A stretch of 64,000 nucleotides of DNA, taken from positions 31,946-95,945 of the forward strand of contig JAWCLZ010000004.1 in the NCBI GenBank assembly GCA_038850275.1, read 5' to 3'. The position numbers were made by a program, and so were the translations under genes. The DNA comes from Methanocellales archaeon. GTDB lineage: Archaea; Halobacteriota; JAWCLZ01. This document shows positions 9,720 to 19,102 of this stretch, piece by piece (position 1 is the first letter of the stretch; each line of letters begins with the position of its first letter). Below the pieces are notes generated by a model, which was not told the origin of the DNA, did no database searches, and was given only the letters and a program-made list of their open reading frames with translations.

Positions 9720-11705
9720 TTGAGAACCATATTGAATTTACTATCAAAGATTAAAAGCATAGTGCATAAAACTGAATTAGAAGGCAAATGTCGATATTCA
9801 ATTAGAATTAAAAACAATGAATGCTACACCACGGTACATTGCGAAAAGTGCCTTGAGAGTGGGAGTCTGCAGAATCTTAGGTGTAGAAAAAATATTTTAG
9901 AGATATTGCAAATTGAACCACAGACTGATTGCTTAATTCTGGCCAAGCCATATGAAAGAGAATATCGCGATGGCGCGCTTCAGCAGCTAAAAGCAATGGC
10001 AAAGCTACCCCTTACCCCAAACCCGTGCTTGGAGACTAAAGACTACGACCGGTATATTAAAGCATACATTAGGCCCAAGTTTTCATCAGCGAGAATCGAG
10101 CTCGAGCTACCAGAGGGAGCTATGTTTTTGAAAAGCTATGAGATCAAAAATGAAAGAAGAGCTATTCAAGTAGCAATTTATAGACTCCTAAACAAGCCAG
10201 AGAATATCTATTTCATCATTCCAATGGAATACAATTTATCTAATGAGGAGCTTCAAATTCTCTTGAATGCAAAGGCAAAGTTAATACGCCAGAGACCAGT
10301 TACAGCAAAATTTGCGGATCCAATAAGAGCAAGGGACTTTTTTATGGAGAGGGGTAGGGAAATCATATCCCAGCTAGCGTGGGATAAAAAATTAAATCTA
10401 AATTCCGATGAAATAAATCAACTTGCGGATTTATTTGCAAAGTATACAGCTGGCTTTGGAATCTTAGAAGACATACTCCTCGACTCAAATGTACAAGATA
10501 TATATGTCAATTCTCCAGTGACCAAGAACCCCCTCCATTTACTAGTTCAAGGTGAAGAATGCAGCTCGAATATTTATCTCTCAGAGGATGATGTTAATTC
10601 TTTAATTTCGAGATTGCGTTCACTCAGCGGCAGGCCCTTTTCAGAGGCCAATCCAGTGCTGGATGCCTATCTCGAGGAATATCATACTCGCGTAACAGCA
10701 ATAGGCTCTCCTTTAAGCTCAAATGGTTTAGCTTATGCATTCAGAAGGCATAGAACAGAGCCTTGGACTCTACTTTCTATGATAGCGAATAATACCTTAA
10801 GCTCATATGCAGCTGCACTGCTGAGTTTCCTAGTCGATGGACAAGCATCTATATTAGTCACAGGAAGCAGGGGAGCTGGCAAGACCTCTCTTTTAAGCGC
10901 CCTTATGCTTGAAATACCCCAAAAATATCGAATAATCACTATTGAGGATACAAATGAACTACCCATTTCCCAGCTTCAAGCCTATGGCTGGAAAATTCAA
11001 GGATTAATCACAAAATCAGCGGTTGCAGGCTCAGCATCTGAGATTGAACCAGATGAAGCACTTAGAGCAGCACTTCGCTTAGGTGAATCTGTCTTAATTA
11101 TAGGGGAAGTAAGAGGCAGAGAGGCAAGAGTACTTTATGAAGCAATGAGAGTGGGAGCAGCAGGCAACTCAGTCATGGGAACCATACACGGTTCAACTGC
11201 TAGGGAAGTCTACGATAGAGTGGTGTTCGATCTAGAAGTCCCACCGTCTTCTTTCAAAGCCACTGATGTAATAGTTGTTTGTGCTCCAATTAGACCAGGT
11301 GGTGGGATCTCGAGAATGCGAAGAATCAAGCAAATAACTGAAGTTCTAAAAGGAGAGGGAAACTCGAATGACATCTTCCAAGACTTAATGGACTATTCAG
11401 CTGAGAAAGACCAGTTGAGAGCTCTTCAGGTTTTAGATATGGGTAAATCTGTGGCGATAAAAAACATTGCTTTAAAATGGGGCATTACCATTGAAGAGGC
11501 CCTTGAGAATATAGCCCTAAGGGAGAAAATAAAGAGAACTCAAGTAGATGCAAGCCTTAAGTTTAATAACCCAAAATTGCTAAGGGCAGAGGCAGTTGGA
11601 AGTGCAAATAACAAATTCTGGCTCTTATTAGATGAATACAAGCAAGACCTACAGCAAGTGGAAAGCGAGTGGATGAAGTGGTATGAAATTTTCGTAAGAG
11701 GTTAA
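9720..11705 (+). CDS. Type II/IV secretion (VirB11/TadA/CpaF-like) ATPase
   Basis: Walker A GSRGAGKT, IEDTNEL Asp box, LRAALRLG..IIGEVRG, GTIHG His box. Confidence 0.9.
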   Translation: MRTILNLLSKIKSIVHKTELEGKCRYSIRIKNNECYTTVHCEKCLESGSLQNLRCRKNILEILQIEPQTDCLILAKPYEREYRDGALQQLKAMAKLPLTPNPCLETKDYDRYIKAYIRPKFSSARIELELPEGAMFLKSYEIKNERRAIQVAIYRLLNKPENIYFIIPMEYNLSNEELQILLNAKAKLIRQRPVTAKFADPIRARDFFMERGREIISQLAWDKKLNLNSDEINQLADLFAKYTAGFGILEDILLDSNVQDIYVNSPVTKNPLHLLVQGEECSSNIYLSEDDVNSLISRLRSLSGRPFSEANPVLDAYLEEYHTRVTAIGSPLSSNGLAYAFRRHRTEPWTLLSMIANNTLSSYAAALLSFLVDGQASILVTGSRGAGKTSLLSALMLEIPQKYRIITIEDTNELPISQLQAYGWKIQGLITKSAVAGSASEIEPDEALRAALRLGESVLIIGEVRGREARVLYEAMRVGAAGNSVMGTIHGSTAREVYDRVVFDLEVPPSSFKATDVIVVCAPIRPGGGISRMRRIKQITEVLKGEGNSNDIFQDLMDYSAEKDQLRALQVLDMGKSVAIKNIALKWGITIEEALENIALREKIKRTQVDASLKFNNPKLLRAEAVGSANNKFWLLLDEYKQDLQQVESEWMKWYEIFVRG

Positions 11706-13682
11706 ATGTTTGAGGCTGAAGCAAATTGGTACACCAAGGCCTGTAAAAATTCCACTAAGGCCTTGAAGTTGCTATTTAAAGACCTAGAGGAATTTAAGCA
11801 GAAAATTGAGATAAAAGCAAGTAAAGAACTTCTGCGCTCTATTGATTTCACAGGTCTAGATCTCGAGGTGCATGAGGTACTTGCTTTTGCCTATTTACTT
11901 GCTCTATCAACTCTATCCCTCTTTCTAATCATCGATTTCGTCATTCTCTACAGCGTTGGCTTCAACATCCCAGCCTCGACTTCTACATTGCTTTTAATAT
12001 CAACGATAGCTATACCATTGCTGGTGCTCCACTACGCAAGTCATTACCCTGAGCTATACGCGAAGTACCTCAGGATTCATTCCCTTGGGGATGCCCCTGA
12101 AGTCCTTTCCTACATAGTTATGAATATGAAATTAGTTTCAAACATAGAGCGATCAATAAAATTTGCAGCTGAAAACTCTAATCGCCCACTTGCGAGGGAC
12201 TTGCGAAAATTGATGTGGGATATGCATTTCAGGGTATACAGCAGCATAGATGATGCGATAACGAGCTTTGCAAGTGAGTGGGGGGAATGGAGCAGTCACT
12301 TTAAAAGAGCCATACATCTCATAAGAAGCTCACTTGGGGAACCAGATGAAGCTCAGCGTATAATAACACTTAATCGAGCTCTAGATGTAGTGTTAGAAGG
12401 CACTAAAAATATAATGGATGAATTCGCAAGCAGGCTCCATACTCCAACAACTGTGCTTTATTCCATTGGAGTAATGATCCCCTTAGCACTTGTAGCAATG
12501 CTCCCGGCGGCTAGTGTAATTGGATATAGAATTAATACCTTTGAGCTTGCATTAATCTACAATCTCCTGCTGCCCGTGGTAACCTTCATCTATGCTGATT
12601 CCATATTACTCAAAAGACCAGCTGCATTTACCCCTCCTCAGATTCCCCTAGGTCACGAAAGCTTGCCAAGTAGAAAGCGAAGATGTTTTACAGCTGCGAT
12701 TGCAATCGCAGTTGGCATAGTCATTGCCTTGCCAGGTTTTCTCTACTTAGCATTAGGGATACCAAAAATTAAATCTCAATTGATCGCTTGGAATTCAAAT
12801 ATAACAATACTAAGCCAGTTGAATAGCTACTTCCCTACAACGCTGCTAGTTATCTGGGGAATTGCAATTGCGATATCCATTTACTGCATAGGAATATATC
12901 TGCCCTATAAGAAAATTAGAGATAGAATCAAAAAAATGGAGGGGGAATTCTCAGATGCTCTGTATATTTTAGGGAAGAGAATATCTGAGGGCAAATCTGC
13001 TGAGGAAGCATTTGCATTTACTTCAGAGACAATGGAGGGCTCTGAAATTGCAACTATTTTCTCTGTCATTGCCTATAACTTCGCTGCAATGCGCACCACA
13101 GTGAAAGAGGCTCTCTTTGATGAAGAATTTGGTGCATTTAAAGAAGTATACTCAGATAGAATCTTAGCCACAATGAAGCTATTCATAGAGAGTGTGCAGA
13201 AGAGCAATGAAGCTGCAGGTATAGCATTAGTGAAATTAGCAGATCACCTAAAAGAACTGCAAGCAGTTGAGGAGAATATAAAGCGTGCTTTATATACAAT
13301 GACGAGTATGATGCGCACCACAGCAATGATCTTCGCACCTTTAATCGGGGGCGTAACCCTTGCTCTCTCTGAAGTAGTCGCAAGGCTACTTGCGAGCATT
13401 ATGCGAGAGATGCCATCGCTGCCAAGCGAAAGCAGAAAATTTCTACCAATGCTGCCTAGATTCACTGAAATGAGCATAGCACCTGAGTACTTCGTGTTAA
13501 TAATAGGCATATATTTGGTCATGCTTACCTGCATATTAATACGCTTTATAGCTGGAATTGAGCATGGAGATGACAAGGCACAATTTATGTTTGATCTAGG
13601 CATTGCCATGCCCATAGCAATCTTTGTTTTCTCTATATTCACAATTTCAAGCAGAATTTTATTTGGAATGATAGTGGGATAA
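11706..13682 (+). CDS. TadB/TadC-like (GspF family) membrane platform protein, two-domain
   Basis: Starts immediately after the ATPase stop; repeated pattern of cytoplasmic domain plus TM hairpins; EFSDALYILG..ISEGKSAEEA segment. Confidence 0.75.
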   Translation: MFEAEANWYTKACKNSTKALKLLFKDLEEFKQKIEIKASKELLRSIDFTGLDLEVHEVLAFAYLLALSTLSLFLIIDFVILYSVGFNIPASTSTLLLISTIAIPLLVLHYASHYPELYAKYLRIHSLGDAPEVLSYIVMNMKLVSNIERSIKFAAENSNRPLARDLRKLMWDMHFRVYSSIDDAITSFASEWGEWSSHFKRAIHLIRSSLGEPDEAQRIITLNRALDVVLEGTKNIMDEFASRLHTPTTVLYSIGVMIPLALVAMLPAASVIGYRINTFELALIYNLLLPVVTFIYADSILLKRPAAFTPPQIPLGHESLPSRKRRCFTAAIAIAVGIVIALPGFLYLALGIPKIKSQLIAWNSNITILSQLNSYFPTTLLVIWGIAIAISIYCIGIYLPYKKIRDRIKKMEGEFSDALYILGKRISEGKSAEEAFAFTSETMEGSEIATIFSVIAYNFAAMRTTVKEALFDEEFGAFKEVYSDRILATMKLFIESVQKSNEAAGIALVKLADHLKELQAVEENIKRALYTMTSMMRTTAMIFAPLIGGVTLALSEVVARLLASIMREMPSLPSESRKFLPMLPRFTEMSIAPEYFVLIIGIYLVMLTCILIRFIAGIEHGDDKAQFMFDLGIAMPIAIFVFSIFTISSRILFGMIVG

Positions 13683-13770
13683 GTTGAATAAAAGATAACA
13701 GAAAAATGAAAAACGCAAAAATCATATTTAAAAGAGTATATTAAAATGTTGAAAGAGTATAAATGATACG

Positions 13771-13842
13771 GGGCTCGTAGCTCAGGGGAAGAGCACTGCC
13801 TTCGCAAGGCAGGGGCCACGGGTTCAAATCCCGTCGAGTCCA
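13771..13842 (+). tRNA. tRNA-Ala(CGC)
   Basis: Cloverleaf: acceptor GGGCTCG/CGAGTCC with G3:U70, anticodon arm CTGCC-TTCGCAA-GGCAG, GGTTCAAATCC T-arm; CCA not encoded. Confidence 0.97.
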
Positions 13843-13988
13843 CTCTTAATTGAGTGCGAAAAACACCTTCTTGGACGGAGGTAATTTCTAGGAACCCTGA
13901 GATTTTATCTAGCGACTTCTTTGCAGTCTATCAGCAAGGGGCAAAGAAAAAAGGGTTGAGCCCTAAATTAGCTAGAAGTTTTAGTAAT

Positions 13989-14038
13989 TATATTTAAATC
14001 GATATTGTTTTATATTTAAATCGATATGTTTAAATCGA
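13989..14038. repeat. Direct repeats TATATTTAAATCGATAT x2 plus a third core TTTAAATCGA
   Basis: 17-mers at 13989 and 14011; 10-nt core again at 14029. Confidence 0.8.
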
Positions 14039-14129
14039 CTTGGGTATTTGAAAGTTGAGAGAGAGCAAGATTGGAGGAATGTCAAGGTCGTTTACTCTTA
14101 AATATTCGTTGTGTCTATATTTAGTTGCT

Positions 14130-15128
14130 ATGGAAAAGTTATATATACCAGAACCAATTTCAGCTGGGATATTTCTTTCTTATAAATGTACTAGTGAATG
14201 TAAACATTGCATGTACGCTTGCTCTCCAAATTGGAAAGCTGATTGGATTTCCGAGGAGGATGTTGAAAAAATTTTAGCTCAACTAGCTGACAAGATAATA
14301 GAAAGCCCCTTTGGGATTGGTATAAACTATGGTCTTCATTTCACTGGTGGAGAGCCATTCTTAAATTTCAATATACTCCTCAAAGTTATTAAGATTGCAT
14401 CGAGATTAAAAATCCCCTCGATCTTTGTCGAGACCAACTGCTTTTGGTGCGTCGATGATAAAATCACAAGAATAAGACTAATTCAGTTAAAAGAGGCTGG
14501 ATTGGATGGTATACTGATAAGCGTGAATCCATTTATAATCGAGGAAGTACCATTTGAGCGAACGGAGAGAGCTGTTAGGATAAGCAAAGAAATTTTTGGT
14601 GATAATGTGATTACCTATCAAGAATTCTTCTATGAGCAATTTAAAAAGTTAAATATTAGTGGTACCATGCCCTTCGAGGAATATTTGAAAAGAGCACCAT
14701 ACAGCTTACGCTACGTGGAATTGCTTCCGATGGGAAGAGCTGTTTATAAGCTTGGAAATTTGTTCAAAAAATATCCAGCAGAGCAATTCTTCGGTGAATT
14801 CTGCAGGGAAGAGCTAACGAGACCTTGGCATATCCATGTCGATAACTATTGCAACTATATCACTGGCTATTGTGGAGGTATTTCCCTAGGAGATGCTAGA
14901 GAGCTGAAATCGATTCGCGAAATAGATTTAGATGAACATCCTATTTTAGAAGCTCTAGCTACAGATATTAAAAAACTTTATGAGTTGGGAGTGGAATTTG
15001 GCTACAGAGAAAGGGAAGGTTATATCTCAAAATGCCATTTATGCGTTGATATAAGGAGGCATTTGATACAGCAAACAGATGAATTTAAAGAGCTCAGCCC
15101 GAGAGATTTTTATTTTCATTTAGAATAG
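14130..15128 (+). CDS. Radical SAM protein
   Basis: CTSECKHC (CxxxCxxC), HFTGGEPF, ETNCFW; C-terminal CHLC; start moved to ATG 14130. Confidence 0.9.
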   Translation: MEKLYIPEPISAGIFLSYKCTSECKHCMYACSPNWKADWISEEDVEKILAQLADKIIESPFGIGINYGLHFTGGEPFLNFNILLKVIKIASRLKIPSIFVETNCFWCVDDKITRIRLIQLKEAGLDGILISVNPFIIEEVPFERTERAVRISKEIFGDNVITYQEFFYEQFKKLNISGTMPFEEYLKRAPYSLRYVELLPMGRAVYKLGNLFKKYPAEQFFGEFCREELTRPWHIHVDNYCNYITGYCGGISLGDARELKSIREIDLDEHPILEALATDIKKLYELGVEFGYREREGYISKCHLCVDIRRHLIQQTDEFKELSPRDFYFHLE

Positions 15129-16016
15129 TGTTCGACGTGATGAGAAATTATTTAAAGCAACTTTAATTTTCCAATCAGCTAATCCAGAGATTAAAGCTAG
15201 CCAAGCATAAGGCAAAACTTCTATGTTGTAGCCTGAAGCTATTAAATCAATTTCCCTACCATCGCAGACCTCAGCTAGCTCTCGCACTTTCCCACCTATC
15301 ATTCTAAAGCCATCTATGGTTAAACCCAATTGAGTTAAAATGTCAGCAAAATGGGGGTCAGAACCACCATTTCTTATGATTACTTGAGGCTTGAATTCTC
15401 TGATCATTGGCTCAACAATTTCCTCAAAGACTAAGCGATAGGACTCGGGGTGAGAGCCGTTTCCAGCGTGGGCATCTGTATCTAAAATCGTAATTCTTTT
15501 CCAAGCCATATTTTTCCATCAAATACTTAGCAGCAAAAGCAACGTCGTTGTAAATACAAAATCTTGTAAATACAAAATCCCTCTCCATAATCTTCTGAAG
15601 CATGATGAGTTCCGCCACCGATGGATACGACCTTTTTAAATCTCTTCTCTTGAATTAAATCACAAGCTAATTTTGCTTGGCCTATCTGAAGCCTCGCCGC
15701 CCTCTCCAAATCCCAAGGTCTTATTCTCTCGGGATGTTGTCCCTCTTAAATATAAATCGACTTGAGCATTTAAACGATTAAGTATCCGACAGAATGCGCA
15801 GCCTTGGTAATATTCTCGAACAAAATCTATGTATTCCTTTTTACAAATTAATGCTAAATCCTCTTCTTTTGCCCAATCAGCTTTAAAATCTTATAGTTAT
15901 TTTCTAGCAGTTTTAGTAAGAATTTAGGAAATATTTCGAATCTATCACCTCTAAAAGGATGCCTCCCCCAAAGTCATATTCCTTTAATTCTTCCCATACA
16001 GAATTGCTATGTCCAA
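15120..16016 (-). pseudogene. Histone deacetylase/AcuC-family pseudogene
   Basis: Fragments in different frames: EELKEYDFGEGHPFRGDRFE, GGGTHHA..GEGFCIY, NDVAFAAKYL, ILDTDAHAGNG, RNGGSDPHF..SGYN; frameshifts include a 16-nt duplication at 15548-15579; the segment after HAGNG is missing. Confidence 0.88.
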
Positions 16017-16118
16017 TTGCTCATCTGATTAGAATATCTTATTTCAAGAATATTTATTTGCATGCTTATATCCTCAGTATTTGCCTTTGTTTATCAAACA
16101 TTTAAATGACATATGCGT

Positions 16119-16640
16119 TCACTCCTCACGTTCCCTTAGGGTAATTGCATTTTGCTCGCATTTAGCTATGCAAAAGCCCACAGCCCATATATTTATCAAC
16201 ATCAACCACCGCTACCCGGCAATGAGTTTTTTGGTTTGAAATGGACAAACTTCAACACACGCAGCGTATTCATTGCTGTAAATTAGTGTTTGAGTAATGA
16301 CTTTTTAATAGTGCTTATTCAAGGTTAAGACTTTTTAATAGTGCTTATTCAAGGTTAAGACTTTTTAATAGTGCTTATTCAAGGTTAAATTGAAATTTAC
16401 CTTTATAGCCCCCACAATTCTCGCATCGCAATTGCAAATTGTGTAGAAAAAAGGAGTTTTAATGTCCAGATAGAGTGATAGAAATTACGCAAGTGCATTT
16501 CTCGTAAAAATTCCTTGGCTTCTTCTATAGAGAGAACCTGCATCTGCCACTTGTCCAGCAACTTCAATTACAGCACTAGCTTCTGCAGGGCTGAGTACTT
16601 GGTGAAGTGATAATACTCTAGCAAGCGATTTACTTTTCCA
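16119..16640 (-). pseudogene. 4Fe-4S-binding protein pseudogene
   Basis: Fragments QVLSPAEASAVIE, EEAKEFLRE..HSIWTL, KTPFFYTICNCD, ACVEVCPF, VVDVDKYMGCGL, IAKCEQNAITLRERE-stop, broken by frameshifts. Confidence 0.6.
16299..16388. repeat. Perfect tandem repeat, 3 x 30 nt (GACTTTTTAATAGTGCTTATTCAAGGTTAA)
   Basis: Identical units at 16299, 16329 and 16359 with no spacers. Confidence 0.97.
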
Positions 16641-16786
16641 CACAAAGAGCTGAGAATACCTATTTTTAGAAGGCGTGGATAAAATTTAAAAGCCAGCGAC
16701 TGATACTTTTGAGAAATGAGGAATATTTCCAAAAGTCTTTATTTCCCAAAATCTTTATATCTTTAAATCCGTCGAATCATTTTGAG

Positions 16787-17458
16787 ATGGAACTGGAAAT
16801 TGAGATAATTGGAAAAGGTAGGGCGAGAGCTCAAATAGATGATAGAAATCCAGTCACTGCTAAGGCCATATTCGATAAACTACCCATTGAAGGAGAAGTA
16901 AAGCTTTGGCAGGAAGAAGTATACTTTGAAGTGCCTTTTAAACTAGACTATGAAAATCCCTCTGAAAAATCCAATCAGGGAGATCTATCCTACTGGCCGC
17001 CTGGCTCTGCAATTTGCATATTTTTCGGTACATCGCAGCCTTATTCTGCGGTGAATCACTTTGGCTTTATACTTGAAAACCTAGAGCTCTTTCGCGATGC
17101 GAGAGAGGGAGATAGAATTGTGGTTAGAAAAGCTGAGAAATGGCCTAGGGAAATCGATAGGGAGAAAATTTTCTCTCAAGCGCTAAATAGAATGGTCATC
17201 AAAACAAGTTTTTCTTCCAAGATAACTATGCCAGAAGTTAAGAGATATTGCGAAAAACTCTCAGCTGGTTCAAGAGATTTTTACTTCGTTAACGCAGGAG
17301 CAATTGGAGACCTTGGTGCTTATCTAGAATTCAGCTATTTTGGAGGCAAGTCTGAACGTGACTTCGAGCTTGCTTTGAGAACGATATTGCAGTGCCTCGA
17401 GGCGCACCCAAAGATCAAGGTGGAGCAAGTAATCGTGGGAAGGGAAATTATTCTTTGA
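16787..17458 (+). CDS. Cyclophilin-like fold (DUF369/TM1367-type) protein with an extra C-terminal domain
   Basis: LPIEGEVKLWQEEVYF and GDLSYWPPGSAICIFFG motifs; about 105 extra residues after the domain; start moved to ATG 16787. Confidence 0.75.
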   Translation: MELEIEIIGKGRARAQIDDRNPVTAKAIFDKLPIEGEVKLWQEEVYFEVPFKLDYENPSEKSNQGDLSYWPPGSAICIFFGTSQPYSAVNHFGFILENLELFRDAREGDRIVVRKAEKWPREIDREKIFSQALNRMVIKTSFSSKITMPEVKRYCEKLSAGSRDFYFVNAGAIGDLGAYLEFSYFGGKSERDFELALRTILQCLEAHPKIKVEQVIVGREIIL

Positions 17459-17487
17459 TTTCCTATAGAAATCCCATAGAGTTCATC

Positions 17488-17961
17488 CTATAAATCCCAT
17501 AGAGTTATTACTCCAATTGAAGCTAGGGTCACCAAGATCCCTGCTATGAATACTCCGATCACTATTGCTGGGAAAGCGTGGCGAAATTTCAAGCCAAATA
17601 TAAATGCAGCTGCACAGCCAGTCCAAGCACCTGTTGCAGGGAGAGGAATTGCGACGAATAAGCAGAGTGCTAGGGCTTTATATTTCGCTACATCATCGCT
17701 TAATCTGCGCTGGGTCCTTTTAAATAGCCATTTGAAGAATTCGTCAAAAATTCGATATCTCCTGAGCCAGCCCTCCATTGGGCTTAGAAAAAGCAGTAAT
17801 GGTGCAATTGGGAGAATATTTCCAAGAAAACTCAGTAGAAAAGCATCAAATGGATTCATCCTGTAAACCCATATGGCAACTGGGATTGCACCTCTTAATT
17901 CAAAGATGGGAGACATGGCAATTAGAATAACCGCCAAGATGGGTGGAATGTTGAAATTCAA
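17488..17961 (-). CDS. Small multi-drug export-type membrane protein (COG2426-like)
   Basis: SPIFELRGAIP and FVAIPLPATGAWTG motifs. Confidence 0.85.
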   Translation of the reverse strand: MNFNIPPILAVILIAMSPIFELRGAIPVAIWVYRMNPFDAFLLSFLGNILPIAPLLLFLSPMEGWLRRYRIFDEFFKWLFKRTQRRLSDDVAKYKALALCLFVAIPLPATGAWTGCAAAFIFGLKFRHAFPAIVIGVFIAGILVTLASIGVITLWDL

Positions 17962-18851
17962 ATTCTCCTCCCTTCTATGCCCTTCACCAGAGCAGTGAGA
18001 GCGCGATTTACTGGAGTTGGTATACCATATCTTTCCCCGAGCTTCACGATTGCTCCATTGATTGCTTCGATCTCAGTTCTCTTGCCTCTTTTAACATCTT
18101 GAAGCATCGATGATTGATTCTCAGCTGTAGCTCTTGCAACTGCTTCTGTGCGCTCAACCATATCATCCCTTATGGCAATTCCACTTGCTCTTGCAACTGC
18201 AACAGCTTCTTCAATCGCTAGTCTCATGAGTTCTTTTAATTCCTCAAATTTCAAGATCTCTCCATTTTTCAAACCAGTTATCGCAGTGATCGCATTTATC
18301 CCTGCATTTATTATTAGTTTTTCCCAGATCTTCATTCGCATATCCCTAGCGATTGAGGTCTTAATACCAGCGCTATTAAAAAGCTCCGCTATTGCCCTTA
18401 CTCTCTCCGTAACCCTACCATCGAGTTCGCCTACTATAGTTTCACCCGCGCCAGTATATCTTATATGCCCGGGTTCAACGAGTGTCGAGCCATATGAGGT
18501 TTTACCACTTATAACTCGCTCAACACCAACCACACTTGCGATAATTTCTTCATTCCCAATTCCATTTTGCAGCGTAAGAACAACAGTCTTTCCTCCAACT
18601 GGAATGGCTCTCGCAGCTTGCTCGGTATCATACGATTTAACTGTGAATAAAAAAAGATCTGCTTCTACTGCTCTCGTAAATGCTTTTATCCTTATGTTAA
18701 ATTCCTCTAAACCGCTAACTCTCAATCCCCTCTCTAAGATGGCTTTGACGTGGGCTTCTCTACCTATGAGTGTAACATCATAGCCTTCCCTTGCTAGAAG
18801 AGCTCCAAATAGACTTCCAATTGCACCTGCACCCATTACGGCAATTTGCAT
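17958..18851 (-). CDS. panE: 2-dehydropantoate 2-reductase
   Basis: GAGAIG, TVKSYD, LQNG, WEKLIINAGIN, SSMLQDV..GKRTEIEAING. Confidence 0.93.
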   Translation of the reverse strand: MQIAVMGAGAIGSLFGALLAREGYDVTLIGREAHVKAILERGLRVSGLEEFNIRIKAFTRAVEADLFLFTVKSYDTEQAARAIPVGGKTVVLTLQNGIGNEEIIASVVGVERVISGKTSYGSTLVEPGHIRYTGAGETIVGELDGRVTERVRAIAELFNSAGIKTSIARDMRMKIWEKLIINAGINAITAITGLKNGEILKFEELKELMRLAIEEAVAVARASGIAIRDDMVERTEAVARATAENQSSMLQDVKRGKRTEIEAINGAIVKLGERYGIPTPVNRALTALVKGIEGRRI

Positions 18852-18872
18852 ATAATTTGCTATTTAACTGAG

Positions 18873-18918
18873 AAGAGAAAAAACCATCGAAGAGAAAGAG
18901 AAAAAACCATCGAAGAGA
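18873..18918. repeat. Perfect 23-nt tandem duplication
   Basis: AAGAGAAAAAACCATCGAAGAGA at 18873 and 18896. Confidence 0.9.
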
Positions 18919-19102
18919 TCAAAAATAGAACTTATAATTTGGAGCGGGTTGGTAGGGGATGGATTAGATTGTGCAGTTTCAAAAACGGCATACACCCGCT
19001 CAATTAAAGATATATAAAGTAAGATAAATATATACTTTTCTACCAAAAACTTTAAATCCAGTGAAATTTATTAATATGCCGACTAATTCGAGAAAAATAG
19101 AA

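Noticed and set aside
9720-13682. Archaellum (flaI/flaJ) operon
   Set aside because: No flaH, flaF, flaG or archaellin genes adjacent; the architecture differs
13244-13843. 199-aa minus-strand ORF
   Set aside because: Antisense shadow of the TadC-like gene and tRNA-Ala; no independent motif
16299-16388. Possible CRISPR array (30-nt repeat, three copies)
   Set aside because: Units are directly adjacent with no spacers, and no cas genes are in the window; it is a simple tandem repeat
13771-16700. Integrated element at tRNA-Ala(CGC)
   Set aside because: The downstream region is decayed and accessory-looking, but I found no integrase and no duplicate of the tRNA 3' end (att site) in the window
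18148-18783. Long + strand ORF of 211 aa, and similar antisense ORFs throughout the track
   Set aside because: They overlap well-supported genes on the opposite strand and have Ser/Ile-rich shadow composition
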